The translations under genes were made by a program, and so were the position numbers. From NCBI GenBank assembly GCA_008369845.1, contig MRSU01007705.1, positions 1 through 49,264 of the forward strand: a stretch of DNA of 49,264 bases. Reading direction: 5' to 3'. The notes beneath the pieces are model-generated. The model ran no database searches. It saw nothing but the letters and a program-made list of their open reading frames with translations, and had not been told where the DNA came from. Source of the stretch: Trichomonas gallinae (lineage: Eukaryota). Within the stretch, counting starts at the first letter, position 1. Every line of letters begins with the position of its first letter. Positions 32,194 through 42,383 of this stretch are shown in pieces.

Positions 32194-34971
32194 TTAGAGC
32201 TGGAATTCTGCCAATTTCACGAAATAAGCATCGCCGATGTAAAACTTTCCAACAACAGTCAACTTTTTGTCAGATGATTTCGTGATGACGTTCATCTTAA
32301 TCGTGCAAGGCGTTGTGAGGTCGTAGACAGACTTTCCAGCAACCATGACACTCTGTCCAGAAGCATCGAAGCTCAGCTTAGCTTTGACGTCGACAGATAC
32401 ATCTGATTTAGACACCAAGTCGCAAGTTAACTCATATACGCCATCCATCTCCTTCTTGAGGTCCAGCTGAACGTCGAAAGAGGGCTTCTGGAGCAATGTC
32501 AAAGCTCTTGGGTCAAGTTGAACATGCGTCAGCGGCAAATGGCCTCCAAACGCGTGCTGGTTGTGCCAGTCTAATCTTAATTGCTGGCAGATTTTCTGCT
32601 TGATGTATAAAGCTGTCCATAGCATTCTTCTCTCGGCGTCAGAAATTTCGCGATGCTGGGCGTTGATTTCTGCGACTTCCGCCTTCCTGACGTACTCGTG
32701 CGCTAAGCCTATCTCCTGCCATTTGCCAGTGAAATCGGATGGAACAATGATTCTCTCGATCTTTACGATTAATGTACCGAAGGACTGGCGCGGAATGAAA
32801 ACCTGTCCTGCTGTGGATGAGTCGACTGTAATCGGGTCTGTTGTCGGGTTCTGGATGATAATAAGAAGCGTAGTGTGGTCATCATCGAAATCATTGTGAT
32901 CATCGAGTGGAACGGCTTCAACTCTTGTAATTCTGGGGCCGTCTGCTATCTTAATGGTCTGATCGTATTCGAATCTTCTGATGTATTCGCCTCTTCCGTA
33001 CTCAATTCCGAATGATAGGCTTGAAAGTGTCATATCCGCCTGCAGCTCAATGTTGAATTTGTGGGACTCGCCTGGGAGAAGTTTCTCTGGCAATGATGGG
33101 TTCAGTTTTGGTGGATATGGAACAGGAAGAGAAGTTCCGGAGAAAATTGCTGGAGCTTGAGCGAATTTGATGTGATGGATATCGACGTCAACGCTGCCAC
33201 TATTGATGAGTTCGAATGAAACCTCATTATATGAGTTTTCTATCAAATCATCGAATTGACGATTTGGAAGACAAGCAATAAGCTGTGGAAGTTCCTCAAT
33301 TACTTCGAACTTCATAGGATTAGGAAGTTTATACTCGAAATCGATGTCATAGGTGTTGAAAGTGACGCCAATAATTTCTAATTTTCCAGGTTCTGTGAGT
33401 TTGATTGTTAGAGGGATCTTTTCAGCATTCTTTGCCTTAACATTGCATGAAAATGGCTGTGCGATGCCGCTGCTTGCTGTAATCGTGATAACAGAAATAT
33501 CAAGATTGACATTGAGTGGATTTTTGATTGTAATCATAAATGATAGATGATCACCTACAGATACAACGTTTGACAGCTGCCTCTTTTGCAAAGCGTTGAA
33601 AATAAAGACAGAACTACCAGATTTAGTCGCACGCTCGATTGGCTGGGCTGGGATGATGTATAAAAACTCAGATATGTCTATAACTCTATCAGCAACAACT
33701 TGTGTGCCCGGTGGAACTGATTTGATGAATTGTTCCTGTTTTTCAGGAATTACAGCGTGAAGGTTATCAAGTAAGTATTCGATCATTCTGTTTTTGATTT
33801 CACGATGTGTTTGCTCAGCTAAGAAAATTTGTGAAGCGATTCCGATTCTTTGTTCGAGCCAATCTGTTCCTGAAACGATTGTTTTAGCGAAAGTGTCGAT
33901 GATGTAGTTTGGCATGTCTTGGTTGTTCTTATAACGTGCGCTGATTTCGTGTAAGAAGGTTCTTGTATATCCGAAATGATTTAAGAGCAATAAGCCAAGA
34001 TATGTGTAATTTCTATACTTAATCCTCTTTTTATTGCAGATTTTGAGTGCTTGAAGGATGAATTTGCGAGAATAGTCACGATATCTGAATGACAGCTTGT
34101 AAAGAAGCCTAATAATGCAGCGTTTGTCTTGAACTTCAGAACCATACGAAATAATTGATCTGACAATTGCTGGCAACTCAGTATCCTTTAAATCTTCGAA
34201 TGATGGAGGCAAATCAGATTTATTTGCGTATTTTTCAACTGTTCCTACATATTTTGGACTCAAAGATAGCTCCAAGATTTCGGCAATGACTGGTATATAT
34301 CGACTTTTAAGAGCTTGCTCGAAGTATTCTGCGGCCTTTTGAAATCCTCCGAACATCCAAAGGATAGATGCGATTTTCATGAGTGATTCCGGACTGTTTT
34401 CTTTGTTTGCGAGATTTTCTATCTCAGAACTTTGCTGAATAATGAAGTTTGTGAATCTTAATAATAATCCTTCTTTGACGTGGCGGTTTAACATTGCGAC
34501 ATCGTTTGTATCTGCTGGCAGCTGAGTGCAATATTCAGAAATTTCAGAGTTATTCGCAGTAACATCTGAGAAAACAAACAAAAATGGAATTGCGCCAGAG
34601 TTTGATGACGTGACGAGTTTGATAAATGATTTGGAGTAGTTGAGAAGCTCTTCTTCGGACTCTGCGACGGCAGCTCCGACAACAATGTGATATTGCTGAT
34701 GTGGCAGAAACTGATTTCCGACCTCTAGGAGAGTTCCGAGAGCATCATATGAATCGCAGACGAATAATTGGAATCTTGCGATCTCTTTGAGCTCCAGCCA
34801 TTTGGGGAAGAAAGTTTCTAGATAAAATTCAGTGATATCATTGATTGTACGATTCATATAATCAGCAACGAGTGAAAAAACTTTGGGAACTTTCATTCCT
34901 ACTGCCGTGAGGAGAACATTGATTGCTCCATTCTCGTTAAAAAGCGCAAAAGGAAGATTCCCGACGTTCAT
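32194..34971 (-). CDS. TRAPPC9/Trs120-like TRAPPII subunit
   Basis: SVFIFNAL...VSVGDHLSFMITIKNPLNVNLDISVITI parallels TRAPPC9 PFIYSP...VQGD....V.NP.PFEL, followed by Ig-like beta domains. ATG at 34971. Confidence 0.65.
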   Translation of the reverse strand: MNVGNLPFALFNENGAINVLLTAVGMKVPKVFSLVADYMNRTINDITEFYLETFFPKWLELKEIARFQLFVCDSYDALGTLLEVGNQFLPHQQYHIVVGAAVAESEEELLNYSKSFIKLVTSSNSGAIPFLFVFSDVTANNSEISEYCTQLPADTNDVAMLNRHVKEGLLLRFTNFIIQQSSEIENLANKENSPESLMKIASILWMFGGFQKAAEYFEQALKSRYIPVIAEILELSLSPKYVGTVEKYANKSDLPPSFEDLKDTELPAIVRSIISYGSEVQDKRCIIRLLYKLSFRYRDYSRKFILQALKICNKKRIKYRNYTYLGLLLLNHFGYTRTFLHEISARYKNNQDMPNYIIDTFAKTIVSGTDWLEQRIGIASQIFLAEQTHREIKNRMIEYLLDNLHAVIPEKQEQFIKSVPPGTQVVADRVIDISEFLYIIPAQPIERATKSGSSVFIFNALQKRQLSNVVSVGDHLSFMITIKNPLNVNLDISVITITASSGIAQPFSCNVKAKNAEKIPLTIKLTEPGKLEIIGVTFNTYDIDFEYKLPNPMKFEVIEELPQLIACLPNRQFDDLIENSYNEVSFELINSGSVDVDIHHIKFAQAPAIFSGTSLPVPYPPKLNPSLPEKLLPGESHKFNIELQADMTLSSLSFGIEYGRGEYIRRFEYDQTIKIADGPRITRVEAVPLDDHNDFDDDHTTLLIIIQNPTTDPITVDSSTAGQVFIPRQSFGTLIVKIERIIVPSDFTGKWQEIGLAHEYVRKAEVAEINAQHREISDAERRMLWTALYIKQKICQQLRLDWHNQHAFGGHLPLTHVQLDPRALTLLQKPSFDVQLDLKKEMDGVYELTCDLVSKSDVSVDVKAKLSFDASGQSVMVAGKSVYDLTTPCTIKMNVITKSSDKKLTVVGKFYIGDAYFVKLAEFQL

Positions 34972-35008
34972 TGTCACTTTTGATATTTATTCGTCAATTT
35001 TTGATTTT

Positions 35009-35498
35009 ATTTGTCAAAATAATAGACATTACACGTCAAATTTCACTGATTTTCTGACATTTCATCTTCCAAAAATGCAATATTCTATTTATTGTAATTT
35101 AATTATCATATATATTATCTATAGGCCCAAATTAGCATAGTACCATGATATTATTGCACTATTCTTGAAAAAAACTTGTTGCAAACCTGTCTAATTTCGT
35201 AAACTATACAAAAATATAATTTACATGACAAATATAATTCAAAAACAATTGTATTTGTCAAAATAATAAATTTTACACGTCAATAATTATTAATTTTCTG
35301 AGATTTTTTAAAAATCATCTTTCCATCAAGCATTATTCTTTATTCTGACAACTTGCTAATTATCTACATGCCCATAATCAGCAAAATATTATGCATCATT
35401 TAAGATGATTGTATCATCCTTGGAAAATAATGCCTAGCAATGTAAACTATAGAAAATATTTTTTACATGACAAATATGATTCAAAAATATAGTTTATT
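35009..35498. repeat. degenerate ~244-bp tandem duplication filling a divergent promoter
   Basis: ATTTGTCAAAATAATA at 35009 and 35253; GTAAACTATA at 35199 and 35442; TTACATGACAAATAT.ATTCAAAAA at 35221 and 35463. Confidence 0.8.
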
Positions 35499-35548
35499 TG
35501 CCATATTTACTTGACAAATATTTGATTTTTTATATTAATATTTTTATT

Positions 35549-37504
35549 ATGCCTAGAACTCAAGGATCTCGACTGCTTAGGATACCTGTTTTCTTTAAGA
35601 GAGTTTGTGGCATAAGACATATGACTCAACTTTTATATATATTCGCAATTATAATCACTTTCATATATTCAATAATTTATTTATTAGGTACAACAGCATT
35701 TCAAGAACCTATACATTTCAATCCTTTCGAATTAGTCAATAATTCCGATATTTCTACGTATTTTATTCCAAAATTTCGAAATGAGAGTTTTCATTATCCA
35801 GAAATCCACTCAAATATAACAGATCAATGCATTGATAGAACCAAATACATGATTGATGTGCTTAGATTAAACGGATATCCGCCAGGAAAAACTTTAGGTC
35901 GAAATTCATACGTTTTAGTCTTCGGATCAGAGTCACCAGTAGGAAAATCGGTGATAAAACAACTTACAAAGCGCAAAGTTAACTACATTGGATTCCCAAA
36001 TGCAGATTCATTTGGTCCATCAGCGAATCTCCAAGAAATCTTTCCAATATTGAACATTGTGGGTGCAATTATTTGCGATAGTCCATCGAATCCAAAAGAT
36101 TCATATCCATACGTTAAAAGTGTTTGTGAATTTGTTGCATCTTATCAAAAACGCATGGAAGTGTTTTTGCTACCACCATATGATGATAGTTTCATCCAAA
36201 GTTTGAAATGGTATGGAGCTAAAGTCATTTTCGGGCACAACATCCTTGATTCCTCAGTTTTTCATTATACAAACCCTTTATACAGAGCAATATTCGATTG
36301 TGAGTATAACAATCTTACAAGCTTTAACAAGGACTTCGAATTTCATATAGTAGAGCCAGATATTGTCGCTAAATATTTAGTTGATCAGTTTTTCGATATT
36401 GAGCCGAAGAATTTGCACCTTGTGTCGAAGACAAGGATACCTATGGAACAGGCTATCAGAGTTGTCACCAAGAAATTCCCAGGATGCGAATTAAATGAAG
36501 ATTCAGATTTCATGGAAATGCCAAAACTCCCTGCGGCAACAGTTGTTGGCAAAGATAATGTCAATGTAGAGAAAGTTATCACTAAATTATTCGCTCATCC
36601 TCAAGTACCAAAACTAATTGAAAATTATATTTCTTTAGTTATCGCTTGTAACTTCAGTCTTCCATCAGATATAGAATCATTCTCAAGATTCCTGGCAACT
36701 CTTTCTATCGCATACAAGAAATATCCACTAACTGGAGCAGAATTCATTCTCGTAGATATTTCAAGCGATAAAAACGCGATAAAGAACAAGACAATCAAAG
36801 AAAACATTAGGAAACATTTGCAGTATTTAGAAGGCAGGGTCAAGTTAATATACCATCCGCCATCAGCTGCAAAAACATTCTATTCAGCGTGGAACATAGG
36901 AATTAGGCGGGCAAAAGGCGAATTCATAGGAATTATGTCCATGAAAGACTTTTTGTCAGAGCATTTCTTCGGATACATGGCTGCACAGAAACTAGACAAG
37001 AGAGTTATATACAGAGCGCCTATCTATGGATCAGAATCACTAAGACCAGTACCAGAAATATTCGATAATTATCACTTAAACAATGTACAAGGATGCTTCC
37101 CAATCTGCAATGAAGTTCCAATAGGTCTGAGTCCTGTCGTTAGGAAGCCAGGCACGCACACAGCAGATCTAATGTGCAGCACGCTCGATTTCTTGATGTG
37201 CTCGAGAGATTTGTGGATGAAAATTGGAGGATTGCCCGAATTCCCTATAAACGGTAATTTAGAAGCCGGCTTAATCATAAAAAGCAGGTTCCTGAAGATG
37301 TTCCCGACATACTCAACAGTGTCTATTCGTGCTCCAGTGCTCAGACTGGTCGACGAAGAGTCTGGGCCGTCATTGCCTGATGCAAATCTCTCAGAAATCA
37401 TAGATGAGTACTGGTGCAAAGGAAAATCGTCCTATGTAGATCAATATGAGAACGAGAAATGGGGAATGCCCGGTGAAAATATAGATATTGAAGATTATAT
37501 ATGA
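35549..37504 (+). CDS. type II membrane protein: degenerate Rossmann/epimerase-like domain fused to a GT-A (GT2-like) domain
   Basis: TM near the N-terminus; YVLVFGSESPVGKSVIKQL (SDR-like); ISLVIAC, EFILVD, WNIGIRRAKGEFI, DFLMCSRDLWMKIGGLPE (GT2-like). First ATG at 35549. Confidence 0.7.
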   Translation: MPRTQGSRLLRIPVFFKRVCGIRHMTQLLYIFAIIITFIYSIIYLLGTTAFQEPIHFNPFELVNNSDISTYFIPKFRNESFHYPEIHSNITDQCIDRTKYMIDVLRLNGYPPGKTLGRNSYVLVFGSESPVGKSVIKQLTKRKVNYIGFPNADSFGPSANLQEIFPILNIVGAIICDSPSNPKDSYPYVKSVCEFVASYQKRMEVFLLPPYDDSFIQSLKWYGAKVIFGHNILDSSVFHYTNPLYRAIFDCEYNNLTSFNKDFEFHIVEPDIVAKYLVDQFFDIEPKNLHLVSKTRIPMEQAIRVVTKKFPGCELNEDSDFMEMPKLPAATVVGKDNVNVEKVITKLFAHPQVPKLIENYISLVIACNFSLPSDIESFSRFLATLSIAYKKYPLTGAEFILVDISSDKNAIKNKTIKENIRKHLQYLEGRVKLIYHPPSAAKTFYSAWNIGIRRAKGEFIGIMSMKDFLSEHFFGYMAAQKLDKRVIYRAPIYGSESLRPVPEIFDNYHLNNVQGCFPICNEVPIGLSPVVRKPGTHTADLMCSTLDFLMCSRDLWMKIGGLPEFPINGNLEAGLIIKSRFLKMFPTYSTVSIRAPVLRLVDEESGPSLPDANLSEIIDEYWCKGKSSYVDQYENEKWGMPGENIDIEDYI

Positions 37505-38420
37505 TATATTTTGTTTATAATGTAAATGCATTTAATAATAATCATTGTTCGGATTAAATCTACTTGTTTATCATAAAGTAATGTAATTTCATATATTTCT
37601 ATCATTCGAAATTTCATTTCATAAAGTTATTGAAAAATCATATCATATCAATTCGGTTCATTATAAAAATAGCTACAGTGCTATATGGATGATATATACT
37701 GATAGTTTCTTGATCCTACAGCAGTAAAACCATGTTTTAAAAATTTCATAAAATTATATACCCAAAATAATGTGCTTGGGAAAGAAAATACACTTCTTTG
37801 CAATATTTACATATTGTTTCATCCTATATTGATCAGTGTTGTCGAATTTTATATTTTTGACGTCCTAAATTCTGACATTTGACGCTTTACAAAAGCGTAT
37901 AACATATTCATTTTATATATCACAAATTAAGGTTATATTTGATAAGGAAAATTACACCTAAAACTTTAATCATCGTAGGAATTGCCACAAAGATTTATGC
38001 GTAAATTTGCTATATAATGGGAAAATTTTCATACTGGGTTCCTGGGAAAAGTGACATTAGATCCGTTTAAAAAATGTTGACATCAAAAAACACATTGACT
38101 CAAAGCCATGTAGTTAAATTATACACAATGTATATTTTGAATGACGAAAAAATCGCATTGCAACATTTTAAAAAAGTGCCACCTAACAATCAATTTATTG
38201 AATGCGATTATTTTCAATTCAAATTTCAAAACAATATAAAGTGAAAATAATCATAAGCAATATATTTGAATATTTCGCACATTTCAATGCAAAAGTGCCG
38301 ATTTGTCCAAAAATTTCCCACATCGAATTAATTTGCTGTATTATCTATAATAGAAGCATTTACCATCAACTGACCAATTTTTATCAGAAAGTTCTTCACT
38401 GAATTTTAAATTGTTGTCTG

Positions 38421-40208
38421 ATGGATGAGTTTCGCGTGTTCAAGACTCAAGGATCTCAGGACGAGCAGCAGGTCAAGACCACTGGCTTTGAGTTATTCGT
38501 TATGCTTGGTTTCTTCCAAAATAAGGTGATGCTTACATTGACCATCTTAATGCAGTGCATTGCGAGCATGGTACCAATCACAATGAACTTCCTGATAGGT
38601 GACTTAACTACCGGATTGTCGGATGGATCGGATAATATGGTTAAAGCAATTACTCCAATTGTTTTAAGGATGGCCTATATAAATGTCGCTATGGTATTAT
38701 TGATGATGATTTCTCAGATGATGAGGTCTTACTGCACACCAAAATTCGCTACAGATCTCCGTGTTAAAATGTATCATTCTTTAATGAACCAGGCAATGAG
38801 TTATTTTGATTCCCAATCTACCGGCGTATTGATATCAAGACTCTCAGAAGATGTTACACTCATCAAAGAAACATTCATTGACAAATTTATTAATGCATTA
38901 GAAAATTTGGTTTACGCAGTGGGTGGTATTGTCATGGCTTTCATTACGAGCTGGAGAGTAACATTAATTGTTTGTGCGACTATACCTGTTGTACTCTTGG
39001 TTTTCGTCATTTGCGAAAAATGGGTTGGAAAGCTATGGTTTAAGTATAATGAGAAGTCAACATTCGCTGCATCTAAGGCTGAAGAAGTTATCACACAGTT
39101 CAGAACAGTGAAAGCTTTTGATGGAGAAATGCGCGAATTTGAAATTTATTCAGAAAGCCTTGATGGCGTTGACTCAGTATATACAACAACATCAGTTGTT
39201 CATGGTGTTAAGGATGGCATCGTTGCATTCATAGAAAATGGAATGATCGCCGCAATCTGTTACATCACTTGCTATTTCATTATCAAGAAGCCACAATACG
39301 GCATTGAAGTTGGCGACTGCATGACACTATTGATGAGCTTAATGTTCTCATCTATGGGTGCAACACAAGTCTTCACATCAGTCGATAATTTCAGAAAGGC
39401 GAATATTTCGTCCAGAAAAATCCTCGAGATTATCAACAAGCAGCCAGACATAGACAGGAAGGCAGGCAAGACTCTGGAGAATGTCAAAGGCAGGATCGAA
39501 TTCAAGAACGTCGGTTTCAAGTATCCAACAAGAGAAGAATACGCAGTCAAAGACTTAAACTTTGAAATCTCACCAGGTGAGTCTGTAGCTCTTGTCGGAG
39601 AGTCAGGATGCGGCAAAACAACGACACTTCAGCTCCTCCAGAGATTCTACGAACTTACAGAAGGTGATATTTTGATCGACGGAATTAGCATCAAGGATTT
39701 GTCGCAGGTAAGCTTGAGGTCACAAATTGCCATTGTTCCTCAGTCTCCTGTTTTGTTCTCAATGTCTGTTGCAGACAATATCAGATACTCCAGACAAGCA
39801 GCCAGTGATGAAGAGGTCGCCAAAAGCGCAGAGATCGGCAATGCACACGATTTCATCATGTCATTGACTGACAACTATAAAACAGAAGTTATGCAGACAT
39901 CTCTGAGTGGCGGCCAGAAGCAGAGAATATGCATTTCCAGAGCTATTCTCGCAAACTCGCCAATCCTGCTGCTCGATGAAGCAACAGCCGCTCTTGATAC
40001 AGAGTCTGAGCAACTCGTTCAAAAGAGCATCGAGTCTGTTAGAAAAGGAAAAACAGCAGTCATCGTTGCTCATAGACTTTCGACAGTCAAAAATGCAGAT
40101 AGAATTCTTGTTTTCCAAAATGGCCATGTCGTCGAAACTGGAAAACATGACGAGTTAATGGCTCAAAATGGAATCTACTCTGAACTTGTTCGTTATCAGC
40201 TTCAATAA
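38421..40208 (+). CDS. ABCB (MDR/TAP) half-size ABC transporter
   Basis: TMD then NBD; Walker A GESGCGKTT, Q-loop VPQ, signature LSGGQKQR, Walker B LLLDEATAALD, H-loop VAHRLST. Confidence 0.97.
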   Translation: MDEFRVFKTQGSQDEQQVKTTGFELFVMLGFFQNKVMLTLTILMQCIASMVPITMNFLIGDLTTGLSDGSDNMVKAITPIVLRMAYINVAMVLLMMISQMMRSYCTPKFATDLRVKMYHSLMNQAMSYFDSQSTGVLISRLSEDVTLIKETFIDKFINALENLVYAVGGIVMAFITSWRVTLIVCATIPVVLLVFVICEKWVGKLWFKYNEKSTFAASKAEEVITQFRTVKAFDGEMREFEIYSESLDGVDSVYTTTSVVHGVKDGIVAFIENGMIAAICYITCYFIIKKPQYGIEVGDCMTLLMSLMFSSMGATQVFTSVDNFRKANISSRKILEIINKQPDIDRKAGKTLENVKGRIEFKNVGFKYPTREEYAVKDLNFEISPGESVALVGESGCGKTTTLQLLQRFYELTEGDILIDGISIKDLSQVSLRSQIAIVPQSPVLFSMSVADNIRYSRQAASDEEVAKSAEIGNAHDFIMSLTDNYKTEVMQTSLSGGQKQRICISRAILANSPILLLDEATAALDTESEQLVQKSIESVRKGKTAVIVAHRLSTVKNADRILVFQNGHVVETGKHDELMAQNGIYSELVRYQLQ

Positions 40209-40628
40209 ACTATATATTTCTTATAAGTGTCACTCCATCGTTTTTCTTCTAGAATTTTCCATGAACACTTCTGGTAATCTATGCTTTGCTCCTTTTCTTT
40301 AAAATTGCTACTTTTCCTCGCTATTGTTATATGCGCTTTTTTATTGTTACTTTTCCTCAAAGGGAAAATAAATTTGAGGAAAAGTAACATTAGAAATATA
40401 CAAGTCACATTAATGAGGAAAAGTAAAAATTAAAAAAGGATCCAAACATAGGATACCTGGAGTGTCCACTGGAAAGTCTATAATATAGTATTTACAAACA
40501 GTGCTTTTCAGCTTTATCGTCATAATATAGTTGGATTTGATGATAACAACAGATATAACCATGAATCATCCGATTTTATCCACATGAATGATTTTTGTTT
40601 TAAAATCCGGACATGATGATAAAAAACC

Positions 40629-40706
40629 AAAGCATAAACCAAATACAGCCATATACCATTAATTTATGCTTCAGCAATTGTTCATCTTGAGATAATCATG
40701 CTTTTT
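40629..40706 (+). pseudogene. single ankyrin-repeat relic
   Basis: Frame reads KA*TKYSHIPLIYASAIVHLEIIML, compared with consensus EAKNKYGYTPLIYASxNGHLEVVKYL. Confidence 0.55.
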
Positions 40707-40731
40707 TCTTGCAAAATATCAGGCTTAATCT

Positions 40732-41973
40732 TTAAAGAACAAGCCTACGAGTTTCTAATATCTTTAAAGCTCGTTCAATCATTTGCATTGATCGAGTCAC
40801 ACTAATATTATGATGTCTATAATCATGTTGAGAATCTGGAAAACCCTTCCATTGAATATGGAAAACATTGCAATTAGAACAGAGGCAGCCTAACCAAGGA
40901 TCTCCGCATTGAGCTGTTGGAATTACAAGTATGGTAAAGTCGTGCATGAAATACATCTTGAATGCATTTGATCCTGTTGGGGTATAAAACATTTTCATGG
41001 AAGCAAAGACAGGTGCAATCTCAGATATTCCATATATATCTTGAATTACCTCCCAATTAATTTCAGGGAAATTTCTTTTTGCGGTATTTACTATTTCATC
41101 AAAATTAGCAATATGTCTGGAAGTACGATTATTTCTGTTAGAAAAAATATATCGCTCTGGCTTGATTTTTGCTAAATTGTACTTTTCAAAGAAGAAGTCT
41201 TTTAGCCTTTTCGTGTGCAAGCCATATGAATTGAGAAACTGCAATGGATAGCAAATTGTTGTGCAAATATCGCAAGTTACATAACGATTCAGTGGTACAT
41301 GAACTATCCTATCATTAGGTATGTTAAGGAGAGACCAGAATTCAGGCATAACGCCTTTCACGCCTTCGCATACAAAGTAAGCATTTTGTGTATAATATTT
41401 TGGCAAATAGATAAGCATGAAAACAAGCGGCTGGCAAATATCAATCATAGTGTGACCGAAAATTTTATCACATTCACCATATCCTAGTGCGATGATATGT
41501 GTGTAATGCTGCTTTAGAACAGGTAATTCCTTAAGATTTCTCCTTTCCCAATACACATTTCCGGGCAGTTGTTGCATGTCCGATGTTAGAATATGACCAA
41601 AAAAATTAACATAACATCGGTATATAGATACAATATTGTATGTAAAATAACGCGAATCATTATTACCTAGCTTATTGAATTGTGGAATATCAAAAGAATG
41701 AGCAAAAGTCATGTTACTAGGATTATCACTATAGATTGTTTGATTAATAAACATATCGTTGTGATATGTAAGAGTGGTTTTATTTTTTCCAGCAATATCT
41801 ACAGGAGCCCACCAAACTGGATAACAATAAAAAGGTGGAAAATCATTACTGGTCGATATTATCATATACAAGTACGTTAAAAAGAACACGTGAGGAGAAG
41901 TAGCAAAGAACTTATAGAATATATAATTATCTGGATAAGATGGGTGCTCCTTTTTATTACTTTCTCGGGCCAT
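40732..41973 (-). CDS. GT61/DUF563 family glycosyltransferase
   Basis: N-terminal anchor; FGHTMID, YIFSNRNNRTSRHIANFDEIV, FASMKMFYTPTGSNAFKMYFM (the HGAGLxNxxF equivalent). Confidence 0.8.
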   Translation of the reverse strand: MARESNKKEHPSYPDNYIFYKFFATSPHVFFLTYLYMIISTSNDFPPFYCYPVWWAPVDIAGKNKTTLTYHNDMFINQTIYSDNPSNMTFAHSFDIPQFNKLGNNDSRYFTYNIVSIYRCYVNFFGHILTSDMQQLPGNVYWERRNLKELPVLKQHYTHIIALGYGECDKIFGHTMIDICQPLVFMLIYLPKYYTQNAYFVCEGVKGVMPEFWSLLNIPNDRIVHVPLNRYVTCDICTTICYPLQFLNSYGLHTKRLKDFFFEKYNLAKIKPERYIFSNRNNRTSRHIANFDEIVNTAKRNFPEINWEVIQDIYGISEIAPVFASMKMFYTPTGSNAFKMYFMHDFTILVIPTAQCGDPWLGCLCSNCNVFHIQWKGFPDSQHDYRHHNISVTRSMQMIERALKILETRRLVL

Positions 41974-42158
41974 CGATTATCCGATTTTTTGTCACTTTTG
42001 TCATTTTTTAATGTTAACCAAGATAATTTATTTCTTTCAAAAAGATCTCTGAAATTTGAAGTCAAAAATCTAGTAAATTGAAAAGTGACATCGCCTACTC
42101 AATTAACATTTTGCTGTTGATTAATTAAAATTTAATGATAATTTAATTGATCATAGAT

Positions 42159-42383
42159 AGGGTTGTGCGAATTCTCACTTTTTATCAGCGAACGAAATGT
42201 GCAATTTTATTCAGCGCGCGAAAAGCGAGACAGAATCCCCTTAAAATATCTGTAATACTCTGCAAATATTAAAAATTATAGTATACCATTGTGTCACTTT
42301 TAGACGATCTGTCACTCTAAGCGTGCGAACCCCGAATCCAAAATCAGCGAATTCATCATTAAACGGTCAGTTCGCACATCCCT
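42159..42383. mobile_element. 225-bp non-autonomous DNA transposon (MITE)
   Basis: TIRs AGGGTTGTGCGAA and TTCGCACATCCCT (12/13), flanked by exact direct repeat ATCATAGAT (42150-42158, 42384-42392); non-coding interior. Confidence 0.85.
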
